From Thermoanaerobaculia bacterium (lineage in GTDB: Bacteria; Acidobacteriota; Thermoanaerobaculia; Multivoradales; JAGPDF01), in contig JAXLQW010000001.1 of assembly GCA_046331385.1 (NCBI GenBank), forward strand, positions 497,596 through 561,595: DNA of 64,000 nt, in the 5' to 3' direction. The notes under the pieces are model-generated. The model searched no databases. It saw only the letters and a list, made by a program, of their open reading frames with translations, and was not told the origin of the DNA. A program made the position numbers and the translations under genes. Of this stretch, positions 1 to 9,207 are shown one piece after another. Each line of letters opens with the position of its first letter. Position 1 is the first letter of the stretch.

Positions 1-417
1 CTCTCTCTGCCGGTGGGCATCGCCGATCCGCTGGCGCGGCTCGCCGAGCTGCAGCGCCGGGCGAGCGCGCTCAAGCGCTCGGCCGAGCCGCTGGTGGTCT
101 TCTCGCTGCTGCGCGCCATGGGCGTGCTGCCGCAGTTCGTGCACACCGCAATGGTCAAGATCTTCGCCTCCAAGGCGACGGCGGTGTTCACCAACGTCCC
201 CGGCCCGCGCGCGCCGCTCTACCTCGCCGGCAGGAAGATCCGCGAGCTCTATTTCTGGGTGCCGCAGGCCGGCCGGCTGGGGCTCGGGGTGTCGATCTTC
301 AGCTACGCCGGCCACGTGCGCATGGGCGTCGTCACCGACGCCGGCCTGGTCCCCGACCCCGAGCGGATCATCGACGGCTTCCGCGCCGAGCTCGACGCCC
401 TGGCCGACGCCGTCTGA
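1..417 (+). CDS. Wax ester synthase/diacylglycerol acyltransferase (WS/DGAT) family protein, C-terminal fragment; 5' end lies outside the window
   Basis: ORF 13..417 is in frame from nt 1. It carries the TNVPGP..LYLAG motif typical of the WS/DGAT C-terminal domain. Stop at 415-417. Confidence 0.6.
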   Translation, partial: LSLPVGIADPLARLAELQRRASALKRSAEPLVVFSLLRAMGVLPQFVHTAMVKIFASKATAVFTNVPGPRAPLYLAGRKIRELYFWVPQAGRLGLGVSIFSYAGHVRMGVVTDAGLVPDPERIIDGFRAELDALADAV

Positions 418-447
418 CCCCCGCCGCCGAAGCAAGAGGAAAGAGCG

Positions 448-600
448 ATCACCTGGAAGCGAAAATCGAAAAGCTTCTGGTTAGGAGCGTGGGCTTCTCC
501 CGCGCCCTCGTGAACTGGCGAGCGGCTCGACTGGGCGAGGCCGGGAGTGCTGGCGTCTTTTCCCTTAGCCGAGCCTCTTTCTTTCTTCTTCTTTTCTCTC
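448..600. repeat. One copy of a dispersed ~140-bp intergenic repeat family, here between convergent genes
   Basis: The segment ggttaggagcgtgggc...cgccctcgtgaactggcg...ctgggcgaggc...ttttcccttagccgagcc recurs, 70-85% identical, at 7100-7400, 29090-29470 and partially at 58616-58660. Confidence 0.6.
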
Positions 601-678
601 GGTTCTCGGATCTGCGTGTCGCGGCGCGGTTGCCGCGAGGCGTGCGGGTCGAGCGGTCGGGTTGCGCCTGCGGCGCCG

Positions 679-2370
679 TCAGGCGCCGCCGCCGCGGCGC
701 AGGGCGAGGACGATGCCGAGCAGGAAGAGCGGGCCCCAGAGATACCAGGGGCCGTGCGCGGCCGCGACGATCGCCCCGGCGACGATGCAGGAGGCCGCGA
801 AGACCGTGCCACGCAGGCCGGCGAGCGGGTTCTCGGCCGGCCGCTTGGTGGCCGCCTCGAGCACCCGCAGCCCCTCGGTGATCAGCATCGGCGCCTTGGC
901 GAGGGCGTCGACTAGATCCGGAGCTCCGCGCAGGCTCTCCTTGGCCAGGCGCAGAGGCGAGAACTGCTGCAGGAAGATCGAGTTGACGTGCTTCTGCGAC
1001 AGCCCGGCGACGTCGAAGCCGGGCTTCAACATCTGGCCGACGCCTTCGAAGGTCACCAGCGCCTTGACCATCAAGACGGTCTCGACCGGGAAGTACATGC
1101 GGAACTTCGCTCCCTGGCCGACCGAGCGCATGATCAGGGCGGCGAGCGAGAAGCCGCTGAAATTGGACGATCTCGACCAGCGCCGGCAAACCTCCTCGAC
1201 CTCGCGCCGGAAACCTTCCACGTTGCCGCCCCGCCCGGGGTGCGCCACCAGCGAGAGATATCGCGCCGCGTTCTCGGAGTCCCCCATCACCAGGCAGTAG
1301 TAGTAGTACATCAGCGTGCGCCGCAGCTCCTCGGTGAAGCGGCCGACCATGCCGAGGTCGATGAAGGCGATTCGCGAACCGGGCAGGATGAGCAGGTTGC
1401 CGGGATGGAGATCGGCGTGGAAGAACCCGTCGCGATAGAGCATGCGGATGATCGACGCCGCGCCGAGGTCGATCAGCTTGTCGCGCTCGGCGTCGGTGAG
1501 CGACTGCGCCTCGGGCGACGAGGGCTTCACGCCGGCGAGGAACTCCATCGTCAGGACGTCGCGCCCCGAGTACTCGCGATAGATCTTGGGGAAGACCACG
1601 TCGGGCATGTCGCGGAAATTGGCGGCGAAGGTCTCGGCGTTGTCGGCCTCGCGGCTCAAGTCGAGCTCGCGCAGGGTGTAGTCGGTGAACTCGCGCAGCA
1701 CCTTGCGCGGCTGAAAGCGCTCGAGAAAAGTCTCGAGGAAACGACCGAGCATGCCGAGCAGGATGGTGTCGCGGCGCAGGATCTCACGGTTGCCCGGCTT
1801 GACCACCTTGAGCACCACGTCCTCGCCCGCGATCGTCCGCGCGCGGTGGACCTGGCCGATCGAGGCCGAACCGAGCGGATTGGGGTCGATCCAGGAGAAC
1901 ATGCTGACCACCGGACGGCCGAGGTCCTTCTCGATGATTTGCTGCACGCGGGAGAGCGGTACCGCCGGCAGCTTGTCGAGCAGGTTCTTGAGCTCGTCGG
2001 TGATCTCGGTAGGCAGGATGTCCTCGCGTAGCGAGAGCACCTGGCCGAGCTTGATGTAGGTGGGCCCGAGGATCTCGAGCCGCCGGCGCAGCTGCACCGG
2101 GAACGGAAGCGCGACGATGCCCCGGTCGAGAAACGGCCGCGCGAGCCAGGCGGCGAGGCGCGCCCAACCGAAGCCGCGCGGCGTGGGCTTGGCGCGCCCG
2201 CGCACCCACGCGGTCAGCCCGCCGAAGATCAGTCCGAGGACGTGCTTCTGGGTGACGAAGTAGCGGCCGATGAGGCCCGGCGGCGGGCTCTCGACCAGCA
2301 GCGGGAAGTCGCCGACCCGCGGCTCGCCCGTCGAGCCTCCCGGATCCGCCGCCGCGATCGGCTCGGCCAT
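679..2370 (-). CDS. ubiB: UbiB/ABC1 atypical protein kinase family protein (ubiquinone biosynthesis-associated)
   Basis: The ABC1 domain is recognisable (ILLGMLGRFLETFLERFQPRKVLREFTDYTLRELDLSREADNAE..., KLGQVLSLREDILP, HADLHPGNLLI). Start moved to the internal ATG at 2368-2370 (MAEPIAAADPGG); the longer upstream extension of the ORF is low-complexity GC-rich sequence. A 5-nt gap separates it from the upstream HMGR stop. Confidence 0.8.
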   Translation of the reverse strand: MAEPIAAADPGGSTGEPRVGDFPLLVESPPPGLIGRYFVTQKHVLGLIFGGLTAWVRGRAKPTPRGFGWARLAAWLARPFLDRGIVALPFPVQLRRRLEILGPTYIKLGQVLSLREDILPTEITDELKNLLDKLPAVPLSRVQQIIEKDLGRPVVSMFSWIDPNPLGSASIGQVHRARTIAGEDVVLKVVKPGNREILRRDTILLGMLGRFLETFLERFQPRKVLREFTDYTLRELDLSREADNAETFAANFRDMPDVVFPKIYREYSGRDVLTMEFLAGVKPSSPEAQSLTDAERDKLIDLGAASIIRMLYRDGFFHADLHPGNLLILPGSRIAFIDLGMVGRFTEELRRTLMYYYYCLVMGDSENAARYLSLVAHPGRGGNVEGFRREVEEVCRRWSRSSNFSGFSLAALIMRSVGQGAKFRMYFPVETVLMVKALVTFEGVGQMLKPGFDVAGLSQKHVNSIFLQQFSPLRLAKESLRGAPDLVDALAKAPMLITEGLRVLEAATKRPAENPLAGLRGTVFAASCIVAGAIVAAAHGPWYLWGPLFLLGIVLALRRGGGA

Positions 2371-2375
2371 TCTGG

Positions 2376-3932
2376 TCAGCGATTGCGCCCGTACTTCTCG
2401 TGGCTCGAGACCCAATCGAGCGAGGAGATCGCCGAAGCGAGCGAGATCTCGCCGGCGAGCACCACGCCGGCGACGATTTCCGCGAGCTTGCGCACCTTGC
2501 CGCGCCCGACGCAGTCGAGCACCGCCAGGCAGTCGCGCTGCGTCGGCAACCCCGTACCGCCGCCGTGGGTGGCGACGATCAACGACGGGATGGTGATCGA
2601 GATGTAGAGGTCGCGCTCGGGGGTGATCTCGGTGTAGACGATGCCGGCCGAGGACTCCGAGACGTTGGCCACGTCCTGGCCGGTGGCGATGAACATCGCG
2701 GTGATGCCGTTGGGCGAATGCGCGCCGTTGTTGTTGGCCCCGGAGATGAAGGCGCCGACGTTGGCGACCTGGGCATGGTAATGCAGCTGCTCGGGCTCGA
2801 CCCGCATGTTGTTCATCAGCACTTCGCGCGGGATCGTCGCCTCGGCGACCACCCGCTTGCCGCGGGTGCGCATGACGTTGACCTGCGAGGCCTTCTTGTC
2901 GGTCGCCAGGTTCGACTCGAGGTAGAACTTGCGCGCGTGCTCCTTCGGCCAGGGCTGCTCGAGAATCCACGAGCAGGCGGCGAAAGTGGCGCGCCCGACC
3001 ATGTTCTGGCCGGCGGCGTCGCCGGTCGAGAAGTTGAACCGCAGGTAGGCGAACTTGGACGCCAGGTAGGTGTCGATGTAGAGCAGCTTGGCGACCGTCG
3101 AGGTGGCCTCGGCCGCCTCGCGAATGGCGGTCAGGTTGACCTCGATCCAGTCGGAGAACTCACGCGCCTGGCGGGCGCCGTCGAAGACGAAGACCGGCGC
3201 GCGCTGCATGGCGTCGCCGATCACCGTGCAGGCGACGCCGCCGGAGAGGTTCAGCACCTTGATCCCGCGGTTGTAGGAGGCGACGAGGGTGCCCTCGGTG
3301 GTCGCGAGCGGAATCAGGAACTCTCCCTGCGCGTGCTCGCCTTCGACCTTCAGCGGCCCGGCGAACCCGATCGGGATCTGCGCGACGCCGGTGAAGTTCT
3401 CGACGTTGCCGCGCGTGATCGCCGGATCGAAGGAGAACTTGTCGACGTGCTGCAGGCGGTGGCCCGAGTACTCCTCGACGAAGCGCTGCCGGCGCCGGGC
3501 CATCTCGAGCGTGTGGTCGTCCTGCTTGTCGTAGGGAATCTGCGGTCGCTTCGGCACGTCCTCGGCGATCGCGTCGTTGACCTTGAAGGCGAGCTCGCCG
3601 AAGGGCTTGGCCTGGAAGGCGATCTCGATCTCGTGGTTGCCCTTGGCGAGCGAGTCGCGGTGCAGCCGGACGGTCACCACGCGCTTGAGCGGGAAGTCGA
3701 GCGGGTTTGCCTCGCCGAGGGCGGTGGCGGCGTGGACCACGCCCTCGCCGAGGTCGAGCTCGACGTGATCGAGCGGCACGTGCTGGCCGTCGATCGCCAC
3801 CCGGTCGAGGGTCAGGAGGGTCGCGTCGGAGAGCCGGTTCTTGAGACTGAATTGCACGCAGTTCTCGCCGTTCGCCAGACTGCCGAACGTGTAGAGCTGT
3901 TTGAGAAGCAGAGCTGGGATCTTGAAGAACAT
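2376..3932 (-). CDS. hmgR: Class I hydroxymethylglutaryl-CoA reductase with a ~130-aa N-terminal extension of unknown function
   Basis: Class I HMGR motifs are present: ENFTGVAQIPIGFAGPL, TTEGTLVASYNRG, GDAAGQNMV, and the C-terminal ...ATHGGGTGL. The catalytic region starts near residue 130. No transmembrane segment is evident in the N-terminal extension. Confidence 0.85.
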   Translation of the reverse strand: MFFKIPALLLKQLYTFGSLANGENCVQFSLKNRLSDATLLTLDRVAIDGQHVPLDHVELDLGEGVVHAATALGEANPLDFPLKRVVTVRLHRDSLAKGNHEIEIAFQAKPFGELAFKVNDAIAEDVPKRPQIPYDKQDDHTLEMARRRQRFVEEYSGHRLQHVDKFSFDPAITRGNVENFTGVAQIPIGFAGPLKVEGEHAQGEFLIPLATTEGTLVASYNRGIKVLNLSGGVACTVIGDAMQRAPVFVFDGARQAREFSDWIEVNLTAIREAAEATSTVAKLLYIDTYLASKFAYLRFNFSTGDAAGQNMVGRATFAACSWILEQPWPKEHARKFYLESNLATDKKASQVNVMRTRGKRVVAEATIPREVLMNNMRVEPEQLHYHAQVANVGAFISGANNNGAHSPNGITAMFIATGQDVANVSESSAGIVYTEITPERDLYISITIPSLIVATHGGGTGLPTQRDCLAVLDCVGRGKVRKLAEIVAGVVLAGEISLASAISSLDWVSSHEKYGRNR

Positions 3933-4023
3933 TCGGGCTCCCCGGGGGTCGGCGAGGAGTCTAGCGCGGTCCCGTCTCCGAACGGGGTCGGAGCGATCCG
4001 CGAGCGCCCGGCGGAAGTCCGGG

Positions 4024-6945
4024 CTAGGGCTCGGTGGTCCACCAGCGCCGCAGGTCGCCGCTCTCGAAGTGGTCTCCGAAGAGCGGCACGGCGAGCGCCA
4101 CCGGCGAGCAGCCGGCGGATTCCGAGAAGGCGCCGTTCAAGGCCCGAAGCTCGTAGGAATGCGTCGCTCCGCCGATCGCGCCGCGGTCGACGAAAGAGAG
4201 ATGGCTGGGCGAGATCTCGGCGAGCATCGCGCCGTCGCGGTAGAGGTCGTAGCGCCAGATGCCGGATTCGGGATCGACGACCGCGCCCCAATCGAGCCGC
4301 GCGTCGTCCGGATCGAGCGTCGCCGTCGGACCGGGGCAGGGCGGGCGCGACGGATCGGCGAGGCAGGCCGACGTCTCGACGTAGAGCCGCTGCAGGTTGG
4401 AGGGCACCCAGGCGAGAGCGAGCGCGACGCCGTTCCAGGCGATCGCCGAGCGGCCGCCGCGGTTGGCGAGGAATCGTTCGCCCGGCAACAGCGTCCCGTT
4501 GGGCAGCAGAGCCACCTCGCGCAGTGCGCCGTGCAAGCCCTCGACGTGGACCAGGCGGAAGCGATCGGTGTCCCAGTAGAGCTGCGGCTGGCGATCGTCC
4601 CAGTCGGTGCTGACCGCGACGACCTCCGGGAAGGCCTTGCTGCCATCGAGGTGGAGGACGGTGAAGTAGATGTCCTGACCGGGCGGATCGAGCGGCCCCT
4701 TGATCTGCGACCAGGCGACCGCGAGCTCCTTGCCGTTCCAGGCGGCGGTGAAGCCGCCGATCGGCAGGATGTTCGGCAGCGGCGAGGCCGCGATCTGAAC
4801 CGCCGGCACCGCCACCGAGCCGTCGGGATTCAGGAGGCCGAAGTAGAGGTTGCCGTTCTGCGGCCAGAGGACGGCCCAGCCGCTCCCGACCCAGAGCAGG
4901 GCCGGTCCGGAACCGCCGCAGGAGCCGAGGACTGTCAGCTTGCCGCCCACGAGTGCGCCGCTCGGAGCCACGCGCTGGAAGGTGAGCGAGCCGTTCTCCT
5001 GCCAGAGGGCGCCGTAGACCTCGCCGTTCCACTCGAGCGCCACGGCGCGATTGGTACCCTGATCCGAGAGCTGGGTCTCGGGAAACAGGGCGCTACCCGT
5101 CGAATCGAAACGCTGGAAGAGGATGTCGTTCGTGCCGGTCTCCCGCCAGGCGAGAGCGAACGTTCCGCCGAGGCTCGCCAGGCCGGGAGTCCCGGACCCA
5201 GGTCGCGGCGGGAAGGGCAAGACGTCCGCGACCGTGGTGCCGCTGCCGTCGACGATGCGCGCGCCGAAGCGCGACGCCGCGGTCGACGCGTCGGTCCAGA
5301 CGAAGACGAAGCCGGCGCCGAGCGTCGCCGCGCGCGCGTTGCCGGGACCGTTGTTGAGGAATGCATTTCCGGGGCTGTGGCCCGCGGTGATGGTCGTGGG
5401 CGCGGAGGGCGGGTTCACTCCCGAGGCGTCGACCAGCAAGTCGGCGATCTCGTGGCTACCGCCGCCGTTGTCGTTATAGACGGCAAGAAAGCGAGTGCCG
5501 TCGGTCGCGATGCGCGGGCTCGTAGAGAACAGCGCGTCGCTCGGCGAGAGCTGGACGCGAGATCCGGTCGGATTCCCGTCCGCATCCGCCGTGAGGCGCC
5601 CGATCTCGTACGACCCTGGCGGAGTCGGATCGTCCGAGGTGGCGAAAACGGCGAAGCCCGACGGCGGTTTGGGGAAAATCTGCGGCCCGAAGTCCTCGAC
5701 AGTCGCCGGATCCGAGATCCGTTGCGGCGCGCCGATCGGCGTGCCGTCGGCGAGGAGCGTCTGGAGGTAGACCCCGCCGTCGGAGAAGGTGGGGTCGTAG
5801 GCCGTCCAGGCGACTGCCCAGTGGGTTCCGTCCCAGGCGACGTGCGTACCGTTCCAGCCGTAGGCATTCGACGAGGATGCCAGGAGAACCGGCGATTCGG
5901 CGACGCCGGTCGACTCCTCGACGCGCTGGAAGTAGACGTACCAATTCGCATGTCGGTAGGCGATCCAAGCGGCGCCGACCTTACCGAGGCTCGGGCTCCA
6001 GGCCGCGGCGACCTCGGTCTTCTTGGTCGAGGGCACGCTCGAGATGACGAGCGGGCCGAGCTCGAGGTCGCCGGTCTCGCTCCAGCGAGCGAAGGTCACC
6101 TCTTGATACGGCGCCGTATCGGTGATCCCGAGGTAGTCCCAGCGCGAGCCGTCCCAGACCAGCGCGGTCTCGAAGGAGGAGTTGATTCCGATCGGCGGAG
6201 CGGCGCCGAACGGGCGTGCCCGGGCGCGCAGCGGCGAGCCGTCGGCGCGCAAGAGCGAGAAGAAGAAATTAGCGGGATTGGCGGCTCCGGGCTCGCCGCG
6301 CATCCCTTCATAGGACACCAGGCCGAAGCGCGCGCCGTTCCAGCGCAGGGTGGGGAACTGCGACGGCGAGTCGCTCTGCGAGAGGTTGGCCGGCGACCCG
6401 ATCGGCGTGCCGTCGACTCCGGCGAGGCGCTGCAGAAAGATCTCGTTGTTGCCGGTGGCGTCGCGCTCCTGCCAGGCGGCGCCCCAGTCGACTCCGTTCC
6501 AGGCCGCAGCGGGAAAACGCGCCGACGTGAGCCCGACGTCGAGCGGGCCGACGCAGACCCTTGCCGCGACCGCGGGAAAGGTGGTGGCGGTGGCGATGTT
6601 GGAGGCGTCGCCGTCGCCCCCGGCGGTCAGGGTCACCAGCCGGTAGTAGTAGACCGTGCCGGCGGAGAGTGCCGCGTCGACGAACTCCGTGTCGTTGGCG
6701 CCGGCGGCTCCGACCGGCGCCCAAACCGTGCCGCTCGGCGAGCGCTCGACCCGAAAGCCGGTCTCGTCGGCGTTCGGATCGAGCCAGCTCAGGCGAGAAT
6801 GATCGGTGGCGGTCGGTAGCGCGTAGAGGCCGATGGCGGCGTTCGCCGCGAGCGCGGCGGGCGCCAGTCCGATCGACAGGAGGCAGCTGAGCAGGAGCGG
6901 AACGGCGACTGCACCGGCGACCGCCGAGACGGACCGAGGGGCCAT
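4024..6945 (-). CDS. Large secreted repeat protein with N- and C-terminal fibronectin-III-like domains, ~12 W-x-G-containing repeats of ~50 aa, and the shared C-terminal tag LFGDHFESGDLRRWWTTEP
   Basis: Start trimmed to the ATG at 6943-6945 (MAPRSVSAVAGAVAVPLLLSCLLSIGLAPAALAANA, a signal peptide). An aaggagg RBS lies just upstream. Repeats have the form xAWNGxxWGAAW...GNNEIFLQRL..DGTPIG. The C-terminal 18 aa match those of the proteins ending at 18085 and 44159. Confidence 0.75.
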   Translation of the reverse strand: MAPRSVSAVAGAVAVPLLLSCLLSIGLAPAALAANAAIGLYALPTATDHSRLSWLDPNADETGFRVERSPSGTVWAPVGAAGANDTEFVDAALSAGTVYYYRLVTLTAGGDGDASNIATATTFPAVAARVCVGPLDVGLTSARFPAAAWNGVDWGAAWQERDATGNNEIFLQRLAGVDGTPIGSPANLSQSDSPSQFPTLRWNGARFGLVSYEGMRGEPGAANPANFFFSLLRADGSPLRARARPFGAAPPIGINSSFETALVWDGSRWDYLGITDTAPYQEVTFARWSETGDLELGPLVISSVPSTKKTEVAAAWSPSLGKVGAAWIAYRHANWYVYFQRVEESTGVAESPVLLASSSNAYGWNGTHVAWDGTHWAVAWTAYDPTFSDGGVYLQTLLADGTPIGAPQRISDPATVEDFGPQIFPKPPSGFAVFATSDDPTPPGSYEIGRLTADADGNPTGSRVQLSPSDALFSTSPRIATDGTRFLAVYNDNGGGSHEIADLLVDASGVNPPSAPTTITAGHSPGNAFLNNGPGNARAATLGAGFVFVWTDASTAASRFGARIVDGSGTTVADVLPFPPRPGSGTPGLASLGGTFALAWRETGTNDILFQRFDSTGSALFPETQLSDQGTNRAVALEWNGEVYGALWQENGSLTFQRVAPSGALVGGKLTVLGSCGGSGPALLWVGSGWAVLWPQNGNLYFGLLNPDGSVAVPAVQIAASPLPNILPIGGFTAAWNGKELAVAWSQIKGPLDPPGQDIYFTVLHLDGSKAFPEVVAVSTDWDDRQPQLYWDTDRFRLVHVEGLHGALREVALLPNGTLLPGERFLANRGGRSAIAWNGVALALAWVPSNLQRLYVETSACLADPSRPPCPGPTATLDPDDARLDWGAVVDPESGIWRYDLYRDGAMLAEISPSHLSFVDRGAIGGATHSYELRALNGAFSESAGCSPVALAVPLFGDHFESGDLRRWWTTEP

Positions 6946-7099
6946 GCAGACCTCCTTCTCGAGTCCTACCAGGAGCCACGTACCGCTTGAATCTCGATTC
7001 GCCAACGAGGGTACGCCCCAAGCTCCGAACCGTCAAGGCGGCCACGGCAGGACGGCGCCACCTTGCCTGCCTCCTTCTTCCAGGAAGGCGCCAGGTCGC

Positions 7100-7400
7100 A
7101 AGACTCACCCAAAGGCGAAAAGCGTTCGGCTAGGAGCGTGGGCTGGGCAACGCCCTCGTGAACTGGCGGCTGGGTGGCCTGGGCGCCGGACTCACAGCCA
7201 GTGTCCTTTTCCCTAGCCGAGCCTTCCCTTGCAGAGCGGCTGCAGGTCGAACGACTCACCCAAAGGCGAACAGCGTTCGGTTAGGAGCGTGGGCTGGGCG
7301 GCGCCCTCGTGCACTGGCCGAGAGGTCGGCTGGGCGCCGCTCTCACAGCCAGCATCCATTTCCCTGGCCGAGCCTTTCTTCGCAGGATGTGGCGCAGCCT
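7100..7400. repeat. Two tandem copies of the ~140-bp intergenic repeat family
   Basis: caaaggcgaa[a/c]agcgttcgg[c/t]taggagcgtgggctgggc..cgccctcgtg[a/c]actgg...ttccct[a/g]gccgagcc occurs twice here. It is homologous to 448-600 and 29090-29470. Confidence 0.6.
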
Positions 7401-7416
7401 CCGGTGGTGCCGGCGG

Positions 7417-9096
7417 TCAGTGGGCGGGGGCAGCCGCGGCCTCGAAGACCACTCTGCCGCCGACGACGGTGCGCAGCGCGTGGATGCCGGCGATGTCGTC
7501 CGGGGCGACGGCGAGCAGGTCGGCGGAGAGCTCGACGAAGTCGGCGAGCTTGCCGGGGGCCAGGGTTCCCTTGTCGTTCTCCTGGAACGCGGCCCAGGCG
7601 GCGCCCGAAGTGTAGGCGGCGAGGGCTTCGGCGACCGAGATCTTCTGCTCCGGGATCCAGCCGCCCGGGTTCTTGCCGTCGAGCGTCCGGCGGGTGACCG
7701 CGGCGGAGATGCCCTGGAGCGGATCGAGGGTCGCGACCGGCCAGTCGGAGCCGAAGGCAAGCTTGGCGCCCGAGTCGAGCAGCGAGCGGAAAGCGTAGGT
7801 CGTGCGGCAGCGCTCGGAGCCGATTCGCTTCTCCGCCCAGCGACCGTCGTCGGCCTCGTGGTAGGGCTGCATCGAGGGGACGACGCCGAGCGCCGCGAAG
7901 CGCGCGATGTCCTCGGAGCGCAGATGCTGCGCGTGCTCGACGCGGAATCGGCGGTCGCGCGGTCCGTTCTCCTTCGCCACCTGGGCGAAGACGTCGAGCA
8001 GCATGGCGTTGGCGCGGTCGCCGATGGCGTGAACCGAGACCTGGAAGCCGGCTCGGTCGGCGGCGGCGATCCGGTCGTGCAAGATGCCCTCGGGATGCCA
8101 GTCCTCGGCGAGCAGGCCGAAGTTTCCCGGCGAATCGAGGTAGGGCTGGAAGAAATAGGCGGTCGAGGAGCCTAGCGAACCGTCCATGTAGGCCTTGAAG
8201 CCGCCGAGCCGGAGCCATGCGTCCCCGGCGCCCTGCGCGCCGACGAGATCGCGCTGCCTCTCCCACTGCGCGAGCGGCGTCCGGCTGTAGAAGCGCACCG
8301 TCAGCTCGCCGCGCTTCTTCGCCGCCGCGAGCGCCTCCCACTCCGGCCACATCGTGATGTCGTGCACCGAGGTCACGCCGAGCTCGCCGGCGCGCTTCTC
8401 GGCGGCGAGCAGCGCCTGGCGGTACTGCTCGGGCGTCGGCGGCGGGACGACGTTGAAGACCAGGCCCATCGCCGCGTCCTTGAGCACCCCGGTCGGCTCG
8501 CCGCGCTCGTCGCGCACGATCGTGCCGCCCGCCGGGTCCTTCGTGTCGCGCGTGATGCCGGCGAGCTTCAGGGCGATCGAATTGGCGAGGCCCATGTGCC
8601 CGTCGAGCCGCTGCACGAAGACCGGGTGGTCGCCGACCGCGGCGTCGATCCACTCGCGGCGGGGGAGCGGCGCACCCGGCCAGCGCTCGTGGTCCCATTC
8701 GCCGCCGAGCACCCATTCGCCCTTCGACAGCTTGGCCGCGAACTCGCCGAGGCGCCGCGCGAACTCCTCGCGGCTCGCCGCGTAGCGCAAGTCGATCGTC
8801 AGCAGGGTGAAGCCACCGTCGAAGAAGTGGGTGTGGCTGTCGGTCAGTCCGGGGACGACCCGCCGCCCGCCGGCGTCCAAGAGCCGGGTCTTCGGCCCCA
8901 CCCAGGCGGCGATCTCGGCGTCGGTGCCGAGCGCTACGATCCGTTCGCCCACCACCGCGAGCGCCTGCGCTTCGGGGCGCGCCGCGTCGCCGGTCCAGAT
9001 GCGGGCGTGGCGCAGGACGAGATCGGCGGCATCGGCCGCCAGAGCGGGGGCGGCGACCCCAGCGAGGACGAGGCAGAGGAGCGGGACGCTGCGCAT
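7417..9096 (-). CDS. Secreted amidohydrolase family protein (Amidohydro_3, N-substituted formamide deformylase-like)
   Basis: Signal peptide MRSVPLLCLVLAGVAAPALA. Metal-binding motifs include TDSHTHFFDGG, HAIGD and the C-terminal GSDWPV. Start taken at the ATG at 9094-9096 with a gaggagg RBS. The ORF's longer 5' extension has no recognisable amidohydrolase motifs and is probably not coding. Confidence 0.8.
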   Translation of the reverse strand: MRSVPLLCLVLAGVAAPALAADAADLVLRHARIWTGDAARPEAQALAVVGERIVALGTDAEIAAWVGPKTRLLDAGGRRVVPGLTDSHTHFFDGGFTLLTIDLRYAASREEFARRLGEFAAKLSKGEWVLGGEWDHERWPGAPLPRREWIDAAVGDHPVFVQRLDGHMGLANSIALKLAGITRDTKDPAGGTIVRDERGEPTGVLKDAAMGLVFNVVPPPTPEQYRQALLAAEKRAGELGVTSVHDITMWPEWEALAAAKKRGELTVRFYSRTPLAQWERQRDLVGAQGAGDAWLRLGGFKAYMDGSLGSSTAYFFQPYLDSPGNFGLLAEDWHPEGILHDRIAAADRAGFQVSVHAIGDRANAMLLDVFAQVAKENGPRDRRFRVEHAQHLRSEDIARFAALGVVPSMQPYHEADDGRWAEKRIGSERCRTTYAFRSLLDSGAKLAFGSDWPVATLDPLQGISAAVTRRTLDGKNPGGWIPEQKISVAEALAAYTSGAAWAAFQENDKGTLAPGKLADFVELSADLLAVAPDDIAGIHALRTVVGGRVVFEAAAAPAH

Positions 9097-9207
9097 CGGT
9101 GAGCCTCCTCGACCGCCGGCGGCGGCCGTCCGGAATCGGGTTCGTGGACCGTCGCCGCATGCTAACATTCGACGGCTGTTCGAGATACGGAAAGCGACGG
9201 GATCCAG

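Noticed and set aside
489-881. ORFs translating the intergenic repeat copies (MGFSRALVNWRAARLGEAG..., MGLLTALVNTRRARLGEAVEAASF... at 29336).
   Set aside because: Similar peptides arise only because the underlying 140-bp nucleotide repeat is translated in the same frame. Indels between copies break the frame, and the copies lie in gene 3' flanks without RBSs.
2400-4613. A 737-aa plus-strand ORF. Similar very long ORFs sit antisense to real genes, for example 988-2031, 3901-6819, 16343-18079 (minus strand), 18165-19532 (minus), 20386-21900 (minus), 20439-22142, 23013-24434 and 29336-31153.
   Set aside because: Their translations are low-complexity and Arg/Gly/Ala/Pro-rich, as expected for the antisense strand of 70% GC coding sequence. 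In every case the opposite strand carries an ORF with clear conserved-domain motifs (HMGR, multiheme cytochrome, NMO, oxidase subunits and others).
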